A stretch of DNA of 64,000 bases from a virus (IMGVR_UViG_2974556156_000001:21139-85138), one strand, 5' to 3'; shown: positions 19,066-28,840, counted from the stretch's first letter. A program made the numbers and translations. Notes: generated from the sequence alone by a model not told the origin.

Positions 19066-19093
19066 AAGGCCCCAGGAGCGATCCTGGGGCCTT
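19066..19093. terminator. Bidirectional intrinsic terminator between the two arms
   Basis: AAGGCCCCAGGA-GCGA-TCCTGGGGCCTT at the convergence of + and - genes. Confidence 0.8.
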
Positions 19094-19097
19094 TACC

Positions 19098-20183
19098 TTA
19101 GCTCTCGTCCTTGAGAGCATCGAACCTCTTCCACATGTCCCCGTAGTTGCCCCTAGAGGCCGCCTTGGAGTAGGCCGTCGCCCGGCCCTCGAAGAAGTTC
19201 ATGTGCTCGACACCCGACAGCAGCGGCTGGAGCCACGGCAGGGGATTGTCGGTATGGTGGCCGAAGAGGTGGGGCAGATCCATCTGAGCCATACGCCAGT
19301 CGGCGATGAACTCGACATAGTTCTTGATGTCCTGAGCCTCCATGCCTTCCACACCCCCCAGCTCGAAGGCGGTGTCGATGAAGGCATGTTCCTGACGGAC
19401 CACCTCGCGACCGATCTCACGGATCTCATCCTTGACGTCCTGGGTCAGCTCGCCGGTCTCGCGCGCGTAGGCGTGGAACAGCTTGAGGATGCCCTCGCAG
19501 TGGATGCTCTCGTCGCGTACCGACCACGAGACGATCTGACCCATACCCTTCATCAGGTTGAAGCGCGGGAAGTTCATCAACATGGCGAACGAGGCGAAGA
19601 CCTGCAGCCCCTCGGCGAAGCCGCCGAACATCGCCATGGTCTTCAGCACGCCCTTGGGGCTGTCGACGTCGAAGGAGTGCCAGTACTCGACCTTGGCCTT
19701 CATGGCCTCGTAGTCGGCGAACGCCTCGTACTCGGCCTCCGGCATGCCTACGGTCTCCAGCAGGAGGCTGTAGGCGTCGATGTGGACGGTCTCCATGGCC
19801 CCGAACGCGGCCAGCATCATCTTCACCTCGGTGGGCTTGAAAATGCGGCTGTAGCGCTCGTGGTAGTTGTTCATCACCTCCTCGTCCGACTTGGTGAAGA
19901 GACGGAAGATCTGGACCAGCAGGTTCTTCTGCTCGGCCGTCAGCTTGGTCTCCCAGTCGCGAACGTCCTCGCCGAGCGGGACCTCCTCGCCCAACCAGTG
20001 GACCTGCTGCTGCTTCTTCCACAAGTCGTAGGCCCAAGGATAGCGGAACGGCTTGTAGCCGGCGCTCTCGGTTAGCAGACCAGGCTTGACCTGCTCGGCG
20101 ATAGCCATCAGCACATCGGCCTTGATGTTCTTGACGAGTGGGGGTTGGTCTAGGCCCAGCAGGATGGGCGGGTCAGCTCTCAT
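19098..20183 (-). CDS. nrdB: Ribonucleotide reductase class Ia beta subunit
   Basis: YKPFRYPWA, VHWLGEE, METVHIDAY, SVRDESIH, NFFE; ATG 20183 overlaps the nrdA stop. Confidence 0.95.
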   Translation of the reverse strand: MRADPPILLGLDQPPLVKNIKADVLMAIAEQVKPGLLTESAGYKPFRYPWAYDLWKKQQQVHWLGEEVPLGEDVRDWETKLTAEQKNLLVQIFRLFTKSDEEVMNNYHERYSRIFKPTEVKMMLAAFGAMETVHIDAYSLLLETVGMPEAEYEAFADYEAMKAKVEYWHSFDVDSPKGVLKTMAMFGGFAEGLQVFASFAMLMNFPRFNLMKGMGQIVSWSVRDESIHCEGILKLFHAYARETGELTQDVKDEIREIGREVVRQEHAFIDTAFELGGVEGMEAQDIKNYVEFIADWRMAQMDLPHLFGHHTDNPLPWLQPLLSGVEHMNFFEGRATAYSKAASRGNYGDMWKRFDALKDES

Positions 20184-21964
20184 TGACATGCGATGCACTC
20201 GTCGTAGTCGGTGGTGGAGGAGATGATGAGCTGGTCGTCGTTGGCGACCGGCGTGGTGGTCGAACCGGCGTGGGCCGCACGCTGGATCGACTTGGAGCGC
20301 AGGTAGTAGGCCGACTTACAGCCCTTCTCCCACATCTTCCAGTGCAGCATGTGGAGGTCCCACTTATCGACGTCGGCCGGCAGGAAGACGTTGACCGAGC
20401 TAGCCTGGCAGACGTCCTCGGTGCGGTCGGCCGCCAGTTCGACGATCCACCGCTGGTCCATCTCGAACGCGGTGCGGAACACCTTCTTCTGATCTTCGTT
20501 CAGACAGTCAAGATGTTGGACCGAGCCCTCATGTTCGAGGATCGAGTCCCACCAGCGGTCGACCATGGTTGGGTCGATCTCGTTGAGCAGCTTGTCGAGG
20601 TATCGGTTCCTGATGACCTCAGAGCCGGAGAGGGTCTTGTGGACGTAGAGATTGGCTGGGATGGGTTCGATGCCCGCCGACGTGCCGCCCGCGATGATCG
20701 AGATCGAGGCGGTCGGGGCCACGGCCAGCTTGTGTGCGAACCGCTCCATCACACCCTGATCAGCCGCATCCGGGCATGCGCCGCGCTCGACCGCCAACTT
20801 CTTGCTGGCCTCGTCGGCCTGCCGGCGTAGATGCTTGAACAACCGCATATTCCAGACCTTGGCCAGCGGTCCCTCGAACGCCACGCCCTCCGACTGGAGG
20901 AAGCTGTGGAAGCCCATGAGCCCCAGGCCCACAGAGCGTTCCCGCATAGCTGAGTAGCGAGCCTTGGCCATCGTGTCCGGTGCGCGGTCGATGAAGTCCT
21001 GAAGGACGTTGTCGAGGAAGCGCATGACGTCCTCGATAAAGGTCGGGTGGTCGCGCCACTGCCAATAGGTCTCGGCGTTCACCGACGACAGGCAGCAGAC
21101 CGCCGTGCGGTCGTTGCCCAGGTGGTCGATGCCGGCGTGTAGCATGATTTCGGTGCAGAGGTTCGACTGGCGCACGCGCAGGCCGACGTCACGCTGGAAG
21201 GCCGGCATGTGCTTGTTGGCGGTGTCGGTCCAGACGATGTAGGGCTCACCGGTCGCCAGGCGCAGGTCGAGGATCTTCTGCCAGATGGTGCGGGCGTGGA
21301 CCTGCTTGCGGACCTCGCCGGTCTTCGGCGAGCGGAGGTCATACATCGTGTCGTCGCGGACGGCGATCATGAAGGCGTCGTCGATGTTGACGCCGTGATG
21401 GAGATTGAGAGCCTTGCGATTGAAGTCGCCGGAGGGCTTGCGGATCTCCAGGAACTCCTCGATCTCCGGGTGGAAGATGTCGAGGTAGACGGCGGCCGAG
21501 CCGCGACGGAGAGAGCCCTGCGAGATGGCCAGGGTGAGACTGTCCATGACGCGAATGAAGGGGATGATGCCGGACGTCTGGCCGCTGTTGCCGACTGGCT
21601 CGCCGATGGAGCGGACGTCGCCCCAGTAGGTGCCGATGCCGCCACCGTTGCTGGCCAGCCAGGTGTTCTCGTTCCAGGTGTTCTGGATGCCCGCCAGGTT
21701 GTCCTCGACGCCGTTCAGGAAACAGCTGATCGGAAGGCCGCGCCCCGCGCCGCCATTCGAGAGGATCGGGGTCGCGGGCATGAACCACAGCTGGGACATG
21801 TAGTCATACAGGCGCTGGGCGTGGTCCAGGTTGTCGGAGAAGGCTGTCGCCACACGGGCGAACATATCCTGGTAGCTCTCACCAGGGAGGAGGTAGCGTT
21901 GCGAGAGGGTGGTCTTGCCAAACGACGTCAAGAGCGCATCGCGCTCTGGGGCCAGCTGCAGCAT
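20180..21964 (-). CDS. nrdA: Ribonucleotide reductase class Ia alpha subunit (no ATP cone evident)
   Basis: PATPILSN, ISCF, QSNLCTEI, VAPTASISII, YYLRS, C-terminal ECIACQ. Confidence 0.96.
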   Translation of the reverse strand: MLQLAPERDALLTSFGKTTLSQRYLLPGESYQDMFARVATAFSDNLDHAQRLYDYMSQLWFMPATPILSNGGAGRGLPISCFLNGVEDNLAGIQNTWNENTWLASNGGGIGTYWGDVRSIGEPVGNSGQTSGIIPFIRVMDSLTLAISQGSLRRGSAAVYLDIFHPEIEEFLEIRKPSGDFNRKALNLHHGVNIDDAFMIAVRDDTMYDLRSPKTGEVRKQVHARTIWQKILDLRLATGEPYIVWTDTANKHMPAFQRDVGLRVRQSNLCTEIMLHAGIDHLGNDRTAVCCLSSVNAETYWQWRDHPTFIEDVMRFLDNVLQDFIDRAPDTMAKARYSAMRERSVGLGLMGFHSFLQSEGVAFEGPLAKVWNMRLFKHLRRQADEASKKLAVERGACPDAADQGVMERFAHKLAVAPTASISIIAGGTSAGIEPIPANLYVHKTLSGSEVIRNRYLDKLLNEIDPTMVDRWWDSILEHEGSVQHLDCLNEDQKKVFRTAFEMDQRWIVELAADRTEDVCQASSVNVFLPADVDKWDLHMLHWKMWEKGCKSAYYLRSKSIQRAAHAGSTTTPVANDDQLIISSTTDYDECIACQ

Positions 21965-21990
21965 GTGGGTACTCCGGGATGGGACGAGGA

Positions 21991-22022
21991 CCCTAGCGGC
22001 AAAGAGCGATTTGCCGCTAGGG
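21991..22022 (-). promoter_or_regulatory. 13-bp stem-loop upstream of nrdA (no U-tract)
   Basis: CCCTAGCGGCAAA-GAGCGA-TTTGCCGCTAGGG. Confidence 0.55.
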
Positions 22023-22036
22023 GTTACTGGTGAATA

Positions 22037-22591
22037 TCAGTCGAAGAAGTGCTTGCGGACCTTCTCCGTCCAGGCCTCGGCCGAAGGCGCGTCGTTGATC
22101 AGCACCTCGTCGACCAGCAGCTCGTCAATGCCGGCCTCCGAAGCGTGGGTGTCGTCCTTGGGTAGGCCCGGCCGCTCGATGCGGAAAATGCTGCCACCGT
22201 TCTCGCGCAGAATATCCACCTCGTTGGGAAAGCGGACGTCAGTGACCACCACGGTTTCGAAATCCTCGGCCCATGCGGCGTTGACCAGGATGTTGGCCCA
22301 GAGGTTGGGGTGCATCAAGTCCCGACCCCATTCGGTACCCAGGAGCTGCATGGCCTGACGTGGCGATTTATCACCCAGGAAGCGAGTGGGTTGTTCCTTC
22401 AGATCACCGTGAAGCATACGCTGGATCACTTCCTCCCCGACCCCTTGATAGGCCAGCAAGGTGCCGATCATGAGCTTGATCGGTGTAGCGAACGACATCT
22501 CCAGCCAGCCTGCCGCGCGGCCGGCCTCGGCCGCAGTGTTCTTGCCGGAACGCTTACGCCCGGCAAGGCCAATGAATTGAACCTTCGTCAC
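22037..22591 (-). CDS. Deoxynucleoside monophosphate kinase
   Basis: IGLAGRKRSGK P-loop, SFATPIK, RQAMQLLGTEWGR, VTDVRFPNE, HASE; GTG start after GGAGG. Confidence 0.9.
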   Translation of the reverse strand: MTKVQFIGLAGRKRSGKNTAAEAGRAAGWLEMSFATPIKLMIGTLLAYQGVGEEVIQRMLHGDLKEQPTRFLGDKSPRQAMQLLGTEWGRDLMHPNLWANILVNAAWAEDFETVVVTDVRFPNEVDILRENGGSIFRIERPGLPKDDTHASEAGIDELLVDEVLINDAPSAEAWTEKVRKHFFD

Positions 22592-23451
22592 GACCAGTAG
22601 TCCTCCATGATATTGCGGAACGAGCGCCACCCCTGGAAGTTGGCCCAGCGGCCAGCCTGCGGCTTGGCCTGGTGTTCCAGGGGCGAGGCGTGCTTGATCT
22701 TCGCCCCAACCAGCCGGCTGTAGAGCGGCAGATCTTCATCGACCGTCGAGCGCCGGCCGTCGTGGGTGAGATAGGAGGTCCGGGCGCACCGGGCGGCCGA
22801 GACCTTGGCGGTGTATTCGTAGAGCCCGTCGGTGTCAGTGACGCCGGTGGCGTCCCTGATCGCCGGCATATCGACGTCGAGGTCGATGTAGGGCAGATGC
22901 CAGCCGAAGTCGCGATCGAGGACCGCCGGGGCCGAGTTGTCCATGGCCTCACGCATGGCGCGGGCCAGGAGTTGGATAGATGGGTCGGCGTCGGGGTGAT
23001 CGCGGAGCAGGAAGAAGTTGTCCCAGTCCGTCGCCGTCACGACCACGTTGATGTGGGCGAAAGGCTCCAGCAGTCGGTTGGCGACCTGCTTGTGGTAGCC
23101 GGCCTTGGCGAAGCGGCGAGCGGCATCCACGGCGACATCGCGAGCACGGGTCCAGGCGATCTCAGCCGGGACTTGATCGTTACGGAAGACGACCGGAGCG
23201 TCATGCTCCTCGCGAGCCTGCATTCCTGGCTGGTTCTTGCCCCAGTGAGTGGGGATCGCCGGATCGTCCAACACATCCTGGATCAGACGCTCGACCGGGA
23301 TGGCTCGGCTCGACGAGGCGTTCCGGCTGAACTGCCGGTGCGTCATGAACTCGGCGTGGATGAAGCGCGGATAGCGCAGCTGCATCGTCGTCAGGCGGTC
23401 GCCCGTGAAGGGCGAGATGCTGTCGGCGATGATCTTGGCGGTCGTGGTCAT
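22588..23451 (-). CDS. thyX: Flavin-dependent thymidylate synthase
   Basis: YPRFIHAEFMTHRQFSRNASSSRAIP, HKQVANRLLEPF, ARCARTSY, HASPLEH. Confidence 0.93.
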   Translation of the reverse strand: MTTTAKIIADSISPFTGDRLTTMQLRYPRFIHAEFMTHRQFSRNASSSRAIPVERLIQDVLDDPAIPTHWGKNQPGMQAREEHDAPVVFRNDQVPAEIAWTRARDVAVDAARRFAKAGYHKQVANRLLEPFAHINVVVTATDWDNFFLLRDHPDADPSIQLLARAMREAMDNSAPAVLDRDFGWHLPYIDLDVDMPAIRDATGVTDTDGLYEYTAKVSAARCARTSYLTHDGRRSTVDEDLPLYSRLVGAKIKHASPLEHQAKPQAGRWANFQGWRSFRNIMEDYWS

Positions 23452-23651
23452 GAGCGTCTCCGACGGAACATGGCGAACGCCTTGGAGGCGTCCAAAGTGG
23501 CGCGCTTGGCGGCGGCGCGCTCGGGTGATTGAGGCAGCCAACCATTGTCGGCTGCCTTCAGGACCCTTCTCAGGGCCTTGAGGCTTCTCAAGGCCCGCTT
23601 GGCTTCCTTGATAGCGTATTCGGTGCTTTCCAGCTCTTCGCGATTAGACAC
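23448..23651 (-). CDS. Hypothetical basic protein
   Basis: 67 aa, coupled to both neighbours. Confidence 0.55.
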   Translation of the reverse strand: MSNREELESTEYAIKEAKRALRSLKALRRVLKAADNGWLPQSPERAAAKRATLDASKAFAMFRRRRS

Positions 23652-24441
23652 CCCGTGCCTCCTTCTCGATTTGCTTGGCCCTGATCTTCTCGATCATCTC
23701 GGGATGCTCGACGCGCTTCAGCTCACGCATCGCCTCGTCGCCGACGCTAAAGCCGTGGGCTTCGGCCAGGGCGAACAGCGTCATGGAGACGCCACCGATC
23801 TCCTGGCCGACTTCACCCACCGGCCGGCGGTAGGCGTCGAGGGTGACAAAGGCGAAGTCCTCGTAGGAGAGACCACCCGCCTGGCACAGCTCGGCAGCCT
23901 CCTCGGCGAAGCGACGCAGGCGGACCTGCTTGTCGCCCATCTTGAAGCCGATCGCGTCGACCCAGGCGCGCACTCGCTTCTGGAAGCTGTTGAAGTATGA
24001 GGCGATCAGACCTTCAGTGGCGTCGATCACACGCTGGCCAAGATTGGTCATGCTCTGGGTGAGCCGACGTAGAGCGTCGGTCCTACCCGTCCGACGACCG
24101 CTTGTGATAATCAGCTCTGCCGTCGAGAGCTTGCCTGACGACAGGGCTTGCTCCATGGCCACGAGATGGGCGTGGGCCAGAGAGCCCTTAGGCATGACAA
24201 CCTCACCAGCCTGGAGCTGGGCATGCTCCATGGTCCTGTCGCTCGGCTTAACCACACCAAATCCACCGCCGGCGGTCGAGAACATCCAGTGGTCCTTGGA
24301 CACCCGACCTGTAGCGGCGGCTGTCATCCAGTCGGATGGTAGCTTTATGTCGACCAGCTTGACGCCCTCCTCAGTGGTGGGCTTGTTGTCGAGGAAGATC
24401 GTGAACCTGGCTGCAGGCCGCTGATAGATCTTGCTCTTCAT
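23644..24441 (-). CDS. MazG-like NTP pyrophosphohydrolase with long N-terminal extension
   Basis: C-terminal RFAEEAAELCQA...RPVGEVGQEIGGV...RELKRV; start ATG 24441. Confidence 0.7.
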   Translation of the reverse strand: MKSKIYQRPAARFTIFLDNKPTTEEGVKLVDIKLPSDWMTAAATGRVSKDHWMFSTAGGGFGVVKPSDRTMEHAQLQAGEVVMPKGSLAHAHLVAMEQALSSGKLSTAELIITSGRRTGRTDALRRLTQSMTNLGQRVIDATEGLIASYFNSFQKRVRAWVDAIGFKMGDKQVRLRRFAEEAAELCQAGGLSYEDFAFVTLDAYRRPVGEVGQEIGGVSMTLFALAEAHGFSVGDEAMRELKRVEHPEMIEKIRAKQIEKEARGV

Positions 24442-25211
24442 CAGCTCAGCTCCTTGTATCGGGCCAGGAAGCGGCGCTTCCAGTACCAGCTGGTGCCGGC
24501 CCACCAAGCCCGCGAGATGCGCTTCTTGAGCGGCGTGACCAGCTCCAACATCTTCCACTGGCGGCCTTCCTTCGGCAGGAGGTCGCGCTTCTCGGTGGCC
24601 AGCATGGTCCGGTCGGCGTGCTTGACGTCGGCGGCGATCTTGGGGTCATCCATGAAGACGCCGAACTTACGGAAGAGCGCCGCCTCGCCCCTCTTCTCGA
24701 ACTCGACGTACCGGCCGCCCATGTTGACCTTCATCGGCGTGGCGATGTCGTTGCCAAGCGCTTCGAAGGCGTCGTGCAGAAGACGAGCACGCGCGAAGCC
24801 GGTGCGAGGGTCGCCGATGTAGCTGGCGCGGACGCAGTGCTCGGCGACGCTGTAGAAGCGACGGGTGTGACCCGTGAACCGGCCGATGTGGCTCAGCGCA
24901 TGGGCGATCACCTCGATCGTGACGTCACTGACGTCGGCCGTCTCGAAGTTGTAGTAGCGACCGTTGCTGAGCATGATCTCGGGCAGGATCGACGGCTTCT
25001 CCGGCGGCTCAACCAGTTCTTCGGTCGGGCCGTCGAACAGGATCATACCGTCACGACCGACGATCTTGGTCCAATCGATCCCCTCCTGCTGGCCGCCGAA
25101 CTCGACGGCCAGCCGGTGGGTGGCCACTTCGGAGGTGACCGGGGTGAACTCGACCTCAACCCGGTTGGCGCGGATCAAGGTGTCGGGGTAGTAGAGCTTG
25201 CTCTTCATCAC
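24441..25211 (-). CDS. HD-domain phosphohydrolase (phage 5'-deoxynucleotidase type)
   Basis: IAHALS...RFTGH...YSVAEH, LLHDAFEA..DI.TP.K, KHADR.MLATE.RDL. Confidence 0.85.
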   Translation of the reverse strand: MMKSKLYYPDTLIRANRVEVEFTPVTSEVATHRLAVEFGGQQEGIDWTKIVGRDGMILFDGPTEELVEPPEKPSILPEIMLSNGRYYNFETADVSDVTIEVIAHALSHIGRFTGHTRRFYSVAEHCVRASYIGDPRTGFARARLLHDAFEALGNDIATPMKVNMGGRYVEFEKRGEAALFRKFGVFMDDPKIAADVKHADRTMLATEKRDLLPKEGRQWKMLELVTPLKKRISRAWWAGTSWYWKRRFLARYKELS

Positions 25212-26389
25212 AGCGTCCTTTCACGGCCGTGGAACTTGATCGCGACGCCGCCCTTGGGCACGCCACGCTTGGTCAGACGCAGGTATTCGATGGTCACCTG
25301 GTCGCCGGGCTGAGCCTCGGTCAGCAGGCGCTTCAGGCGCTCGTCCTTCGAGCCCTTCACGCCGGCCTTGAAGACCTTGCCCTCGGCGTCTTCCAGCTCG
25401 ACGGCCTTGAGGAACCCGGCGTAGTTGCCCTTGCCCTCGATCGCCTTGCGCAGGGTGAACTCGCCATCCTGGGTGACCTTGTGCTTCTGGTTGCCCTTCG
25501 AGCGCGTGCCGCCCTCGTAGGGGATGTCCAGCTTGCACATCGCGCCTTCGTAGTTGCGCTTGACCATATCGGTGCGGAAGGCGGTCACCGCCTCCTCGCT
25601 ATTGAGCCAGGACGCCCCGACTAGCACCAGATGGTGCTCCTTGTTGACCAAGGCAGCGTAGTCGTCGTGCTCGGTCCACCCGCTGGCGAAGACCTCGTAG
25701 AAGTCCAGGACCAGCAGCTCCTTGCGCTTGCTGAGCGGCAGCTGGGCGACCGACGGGTAGTCGTAGATGTGGGCCGACATCAGCTTGGACCGCTCCAGGT
25801 CTTCGGCCGACGGGTTCTGCTTCTTCAGGATCGACGACAGGGTCTCGAAGTCGTCGCAGAAGTCGTGGTTGTAGAGTTCGCCGTGCAGGATCGCGTCGGG
25901 GAACTGGGCGAAGAACGGCGATAGCGCCGACATGATGTGCGGCGCGGCGACGATCGGCTGACCCTCGCGGCTGGTCATGCCCGACGCCTGGGCGATGAAG
26001 CAGAAGCCGTCGAACTTAGGCTCGACGGCCATCAGGTGCGCGTAGTCGCCTCGGCCGGCGTGGGCCAGGGCGTACTTGATCGACTTCTCGAAGCCCATCT
26101 CGCTGTACTTGATCGCCAGCTGGGGTGCGAAGTAGCGCGGACCCTTACGGGCTTCCTCGATCGTCTCGAAGTAGTCTCGCTTGAGCTGGTACTCGTAGCC
26201 CGACTTGATCTCGAAGGCGGCCTGCTCGACGTTCGTGCGCCCTTGCTTGCCGACGCAGTCGGTCCATGCTGAGCAGGTCATCTCACCATCCAGCAGACCA
26301 TGGTGGGTCCGGTGGCGGCTGCCGTCCTGTTCCATAAACCAGACGCGCACACGACCGAGCTTGTCGATCGTATAGATCTGACGGTTCAT
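25208..26389 (-). CDS. ATP-dependent DNA ligase
   Basis: EPKFDGF (KxDG), LHGELY, YEGAMCK, K.K..DGEF; start MNRQIY at 26389. Confidence 0.9.
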   Translation of the reverse strand: MNRQIYTIDKLGRVRVWFMEQDGSRHRTHHGLLDGEMTCSAWTDCVGKQGRTNVEQAAFEIKSGYEYQLKRDYFETIEEARKGPRYFAPQLAIKYSEMGFEKSIKYALAHAGRGDYAHLMAVEPKFDGFCFIAQASGMTSREGQPIVAAPHIMSALSPFFAQFPDAILHGELYNHDFCDDFETLSSILKKQNPSAEDLERSKLMSAHIYDYPSVAQLPLSKRKELLVLDFYEVFASGWTEHDDYAALVNKEHHLVLVGASWLNSEEAVTAFRTDMVKRNYEGAMCKLDIPYEGGTRSKGNQKHKVTQDGEFTLRKAIEGKGNYAGFLKAVELEDAEGKVFKAGVKGSKDERLKRLLTEAQPGDQVTIEYLRLTKRGVPKGGVAIKFHGRERTL

Positions 26390-26417
26390 CCTTATATTCC
26401 TTGAGCTGAGAAGTGGA

Positions 26418-26765
26418 TCAGCGAAGAGCTGGGTTCTTGGGGATAGAGTAGAGAATGAACCACCCACGATCGCGGCCGGTACACATGTTGTGCGTCCCGC
26501 GAGCGAGGGCGGCTCGGGCGTTCAGGATCTTCTCCTCGTCGCTTTCCGGCCAGGTGGGGCTGTCCGCATGCTTGATGGAGACGATGTAGTTCCGCATCGA
26601 CTCCCGTCCGAGATCGGTGGGCGGGGTGATGGCGACGGCGATGGACTCCATCACCGTCTCATCCTTCAGCGAATTAGGTTCCAGACCGAGCACGGCGGCG
26701 ATCTCGTCGAGGTTACCGCCGTGCTGATGGTAGATGGCCTCGATCTGGGCCTCGCTGTAGGTCAT
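26418..26765 (-). CDS. Hypothetical protein
   Basis: 115 aa, ATGA coupling to the SbcC-like gene. Confidence 0.65.
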   Translation of the reverse strand: MTYSEAQIEAIYHQHGGNLDEIAAVLGLEPNSLKDETVMESIAVAITPPTDLGRESMRNYIVSIKHADSPTWPESDEEKILNARAALARGTHNMCTGRDRGWFILYSIPKNPALR

Positions 26766-28840
26766 TCACTGGCTCCGAGGCGGATCGACTGCACGTTGGT
26801 GTCGACCGGCTTGTGGGTGACTAATAGCACTTGTTGTACGCGCTCCTGCAAAGCCTGCAAGACCGCCCCGGTCATTTCTGCGCGATCAGCATCCATGCTG
26901 GCGTCGATCTCATCGGCCAACATCAGCGGGAAGATGCGGTGGGTGAGCACCTGACCGAGCGCGATACGTAGAGCCAGGTTGGCACAGGCCTTGCCCGATC
27001 CCGACAGCGTCTCCAGATCCTGGGTGTCGACGAGAACGTCGAAGTTCTCGTCGACCTGGATCAGGCTGCGCTGCCCACCGGTCATCTTCCGCAGGAGCTG
27101 GCTGGCCACCAAGTTCAGGCTCGGCAGGACGTGCTGCTTGATCAGGCCGCGCAGCACCGCCATCACCTCCCGAACCTTGCGCAGCTCCTTGGCCTCGGTC
27201 TCCAGGGCGACGATAGCTGCGCGGCCCTCGTTGTAGGCCTTCAGCGTCCGCTCGTATTCGGCGACCGTGCGCTCGTAAGCTTGGGCCGCCTCCAGCTCGA
27301 CCTCCAGGCTGGCGACCACGTCGGCCGCCCCAACGATGGCCTTCTGGCGGGAGAGCTTCTTCAGCCGCTCGGCCTGCCACGCTTCCCAGTCCTTCTCGGC
27401 GATCTGGAACTGGGCGAGCGAGGTCTCGTAGGCGACGCGCTCGGCGCGCATCGCCTCAAAGTCGGCCATGCCGTCGAGCCGAACCTTGAGGGGCTTCAGC
27501 TCGGCTTCCAGCTGGGCGCGGCGCTCGACGTTGATGATGACCTGACGGGCCTGGTCGATTTCCTGGCCCGACAACGATGGCTTAACGGCCTCAGGGACCG
27601 CTTGCTTCAGCTCGTACTCCGTCCAGTCGTAGGTCTCGATCACCTTGATCATGTTGTCGATCGCGAAGGCGGGCACGGCTGGTGTCGCCGGCCGCTCAGT
27701 AACCAGCTGCAGCTCACTGGTCGCCTTCTCGATCGCGTCGTCCAGGCGCTTGACGGCCTCCTGGTCCGGCACGAAGTCGTGGGTGCAAGCCGGACAGTTG
27801 ACGTGCTCCAGCGTGTCTCGCTGGGCCTCCAGGCCCTGGATGACGGCCTGGAGACGGTCGTTCATCTCGTGGATCGCGATCAGCCGCCAGGCTTCCTGCA
27901 TCTCCTGCAGCTGCGGGACCGTGTAGGTCGGCTGCGGGTTCTGGCGCAACCAGGCTTGGGCCTCCTCCCAGGCGCGGTAGGCAGTCCACGCCTGCTCCAC
28001 CTGGTCCAGCAGCTCGGCCGAGTAGATGATCGACGTCTGCAGGGGATGGATCGCCACTTCCAGCGCCGAGACCTGCTGGCGCAGCTCCTTGCGTGTGTTG
28101 GCCAGACCTTCCAGCTCGGCGGCCGACAACGTGATGTTGGTCTCGGGCTTGGTCGGTCGGGGGCGATCGACAGCCAACCAGCCGTTCAGCTCGTTCAACT
28201 CGGCCAGCACGCCGCGAGCCTCGGCCAGCTTGGGTTGCAGATCGCTCGACGGAATGTAGGTCGCGTAGGGCCGGGGCTCGGCTGTCGGCGGGACCAGGCG
28301 GTCGAGGAGAGCCTCGACCTGCTTGTCGATCACACCGGCCTCGCCGACCGCCCACTTAACGACGTCGTCGAGCATGTTGAGGCCCAGGACGCTGTCGACC
28401 ATAGCCTTGCGCTCGGTCGGCTTCATCTTGCCCAGCGCCTCGACCTCGCCCTGGTTGATCGAGTTGGCGATGTCGAAGACAGCCATGCCGAAACCCAGCT
28501 CTTCCAAGACCTTCTGGTTGACGGGCTTGGTGCCGGTCGCAACGGTCACACCGTTGCGCTTCATCGTCGCCTTGCTGGTCGTGCGTTCGATCTCGATCGA
28601 GTTGCCTCGGATCGTGAACTCGCCAACACCATGCAGGGTCTTGTAGTGGTCGGACTTGCCTCGCAAGGCTGATGTTCCGAACAACAACCAGCGGGCGATC
28701 TCGAAGATCATCGACTTACCGGCTTCGTTCGGGCCAGTGATCGCCCAGAAGCCTGAGCCGATTGTCACGTCGGCTGACAGCTTGCGTCCGTGGGGCAACG
28801 GGGTTGGAAAGTGGACGGAGTACTTAAGCCGGTTCAGCAT
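26762..28840 (-). CDS. sbcC: SbcC/Rad50-like ATPase
   Basis: Walker A GPNEAGKS, CPAC zinc hook, coiled coils, LSGSG signature, LADE Walker B, VTH. Confidence 0.9.
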   Translation of the reverse strand: MLNRLKYSVHFPTPLPHGRKLSADVTIGSGFWAITGPNEAGKSMIFEIARWLLFGTSALRGKSDHYKTLHGVGEFTIRGNSIEIERTTSKATMKRNGVTVATGTKPVNQKVLEELGFGMAVFDIANSINQGEVEALGKMKPTERKAMVDSVLGLNMLDDVVKWAVGEAGVIDKQVEALLDRLVPPTAEPRPYATYIPSSDLQPKLAEARGVLAELNELNGWLAVDRPRPTKPETNITLSAAELEGLANTRKELRQQVSALEVAIHPLQTSIIYSAELLDQVEQAWTAYRAWEEAQAWLRQNPQPTYTVPQLQEMQEAWRLIAIHEMNDRLQAVIQGLEAQRDTLEHVNCPACTHDFVPDQEAVKRLDDAIEKATSELQLVTERPATPAVPAFAIDNMIKVIETYDWTEYELKQAVPEAVKPSLSGQEIDQARQVIINVERRAQLEAELKPLKVRLDGMADFEAMRAERVAYETSLAQFQIAEKDWEAWQAERLKKLSRQKAIVGAADVVASLEVELEAAQAYERTVAEYERTLKAYNEGRAAIVALETEAKELRKVREVMAVLRGLIKQHVLPSLNLVASQLLRKMTGGQRSLIQVDENFDVLVDTQDLETLSGSGKACANLALRIALGQVLTHRIFPLMLADEIDASMDADRAEMTGAVLQALQERVQQVLLVTHKPVDTNVQSIRLGASE

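Noticed and set aside
23644-25211. HD hydrolase + MazG-like pair as a Z-genome (DatZ/MazZ) module
   Set aside because: No PurZ/adenylosuccinate synthetase homologue in the window, and the HD protein looks like the common phage deoxynucleotidase type; cannot be excluded for sequence outside the window.
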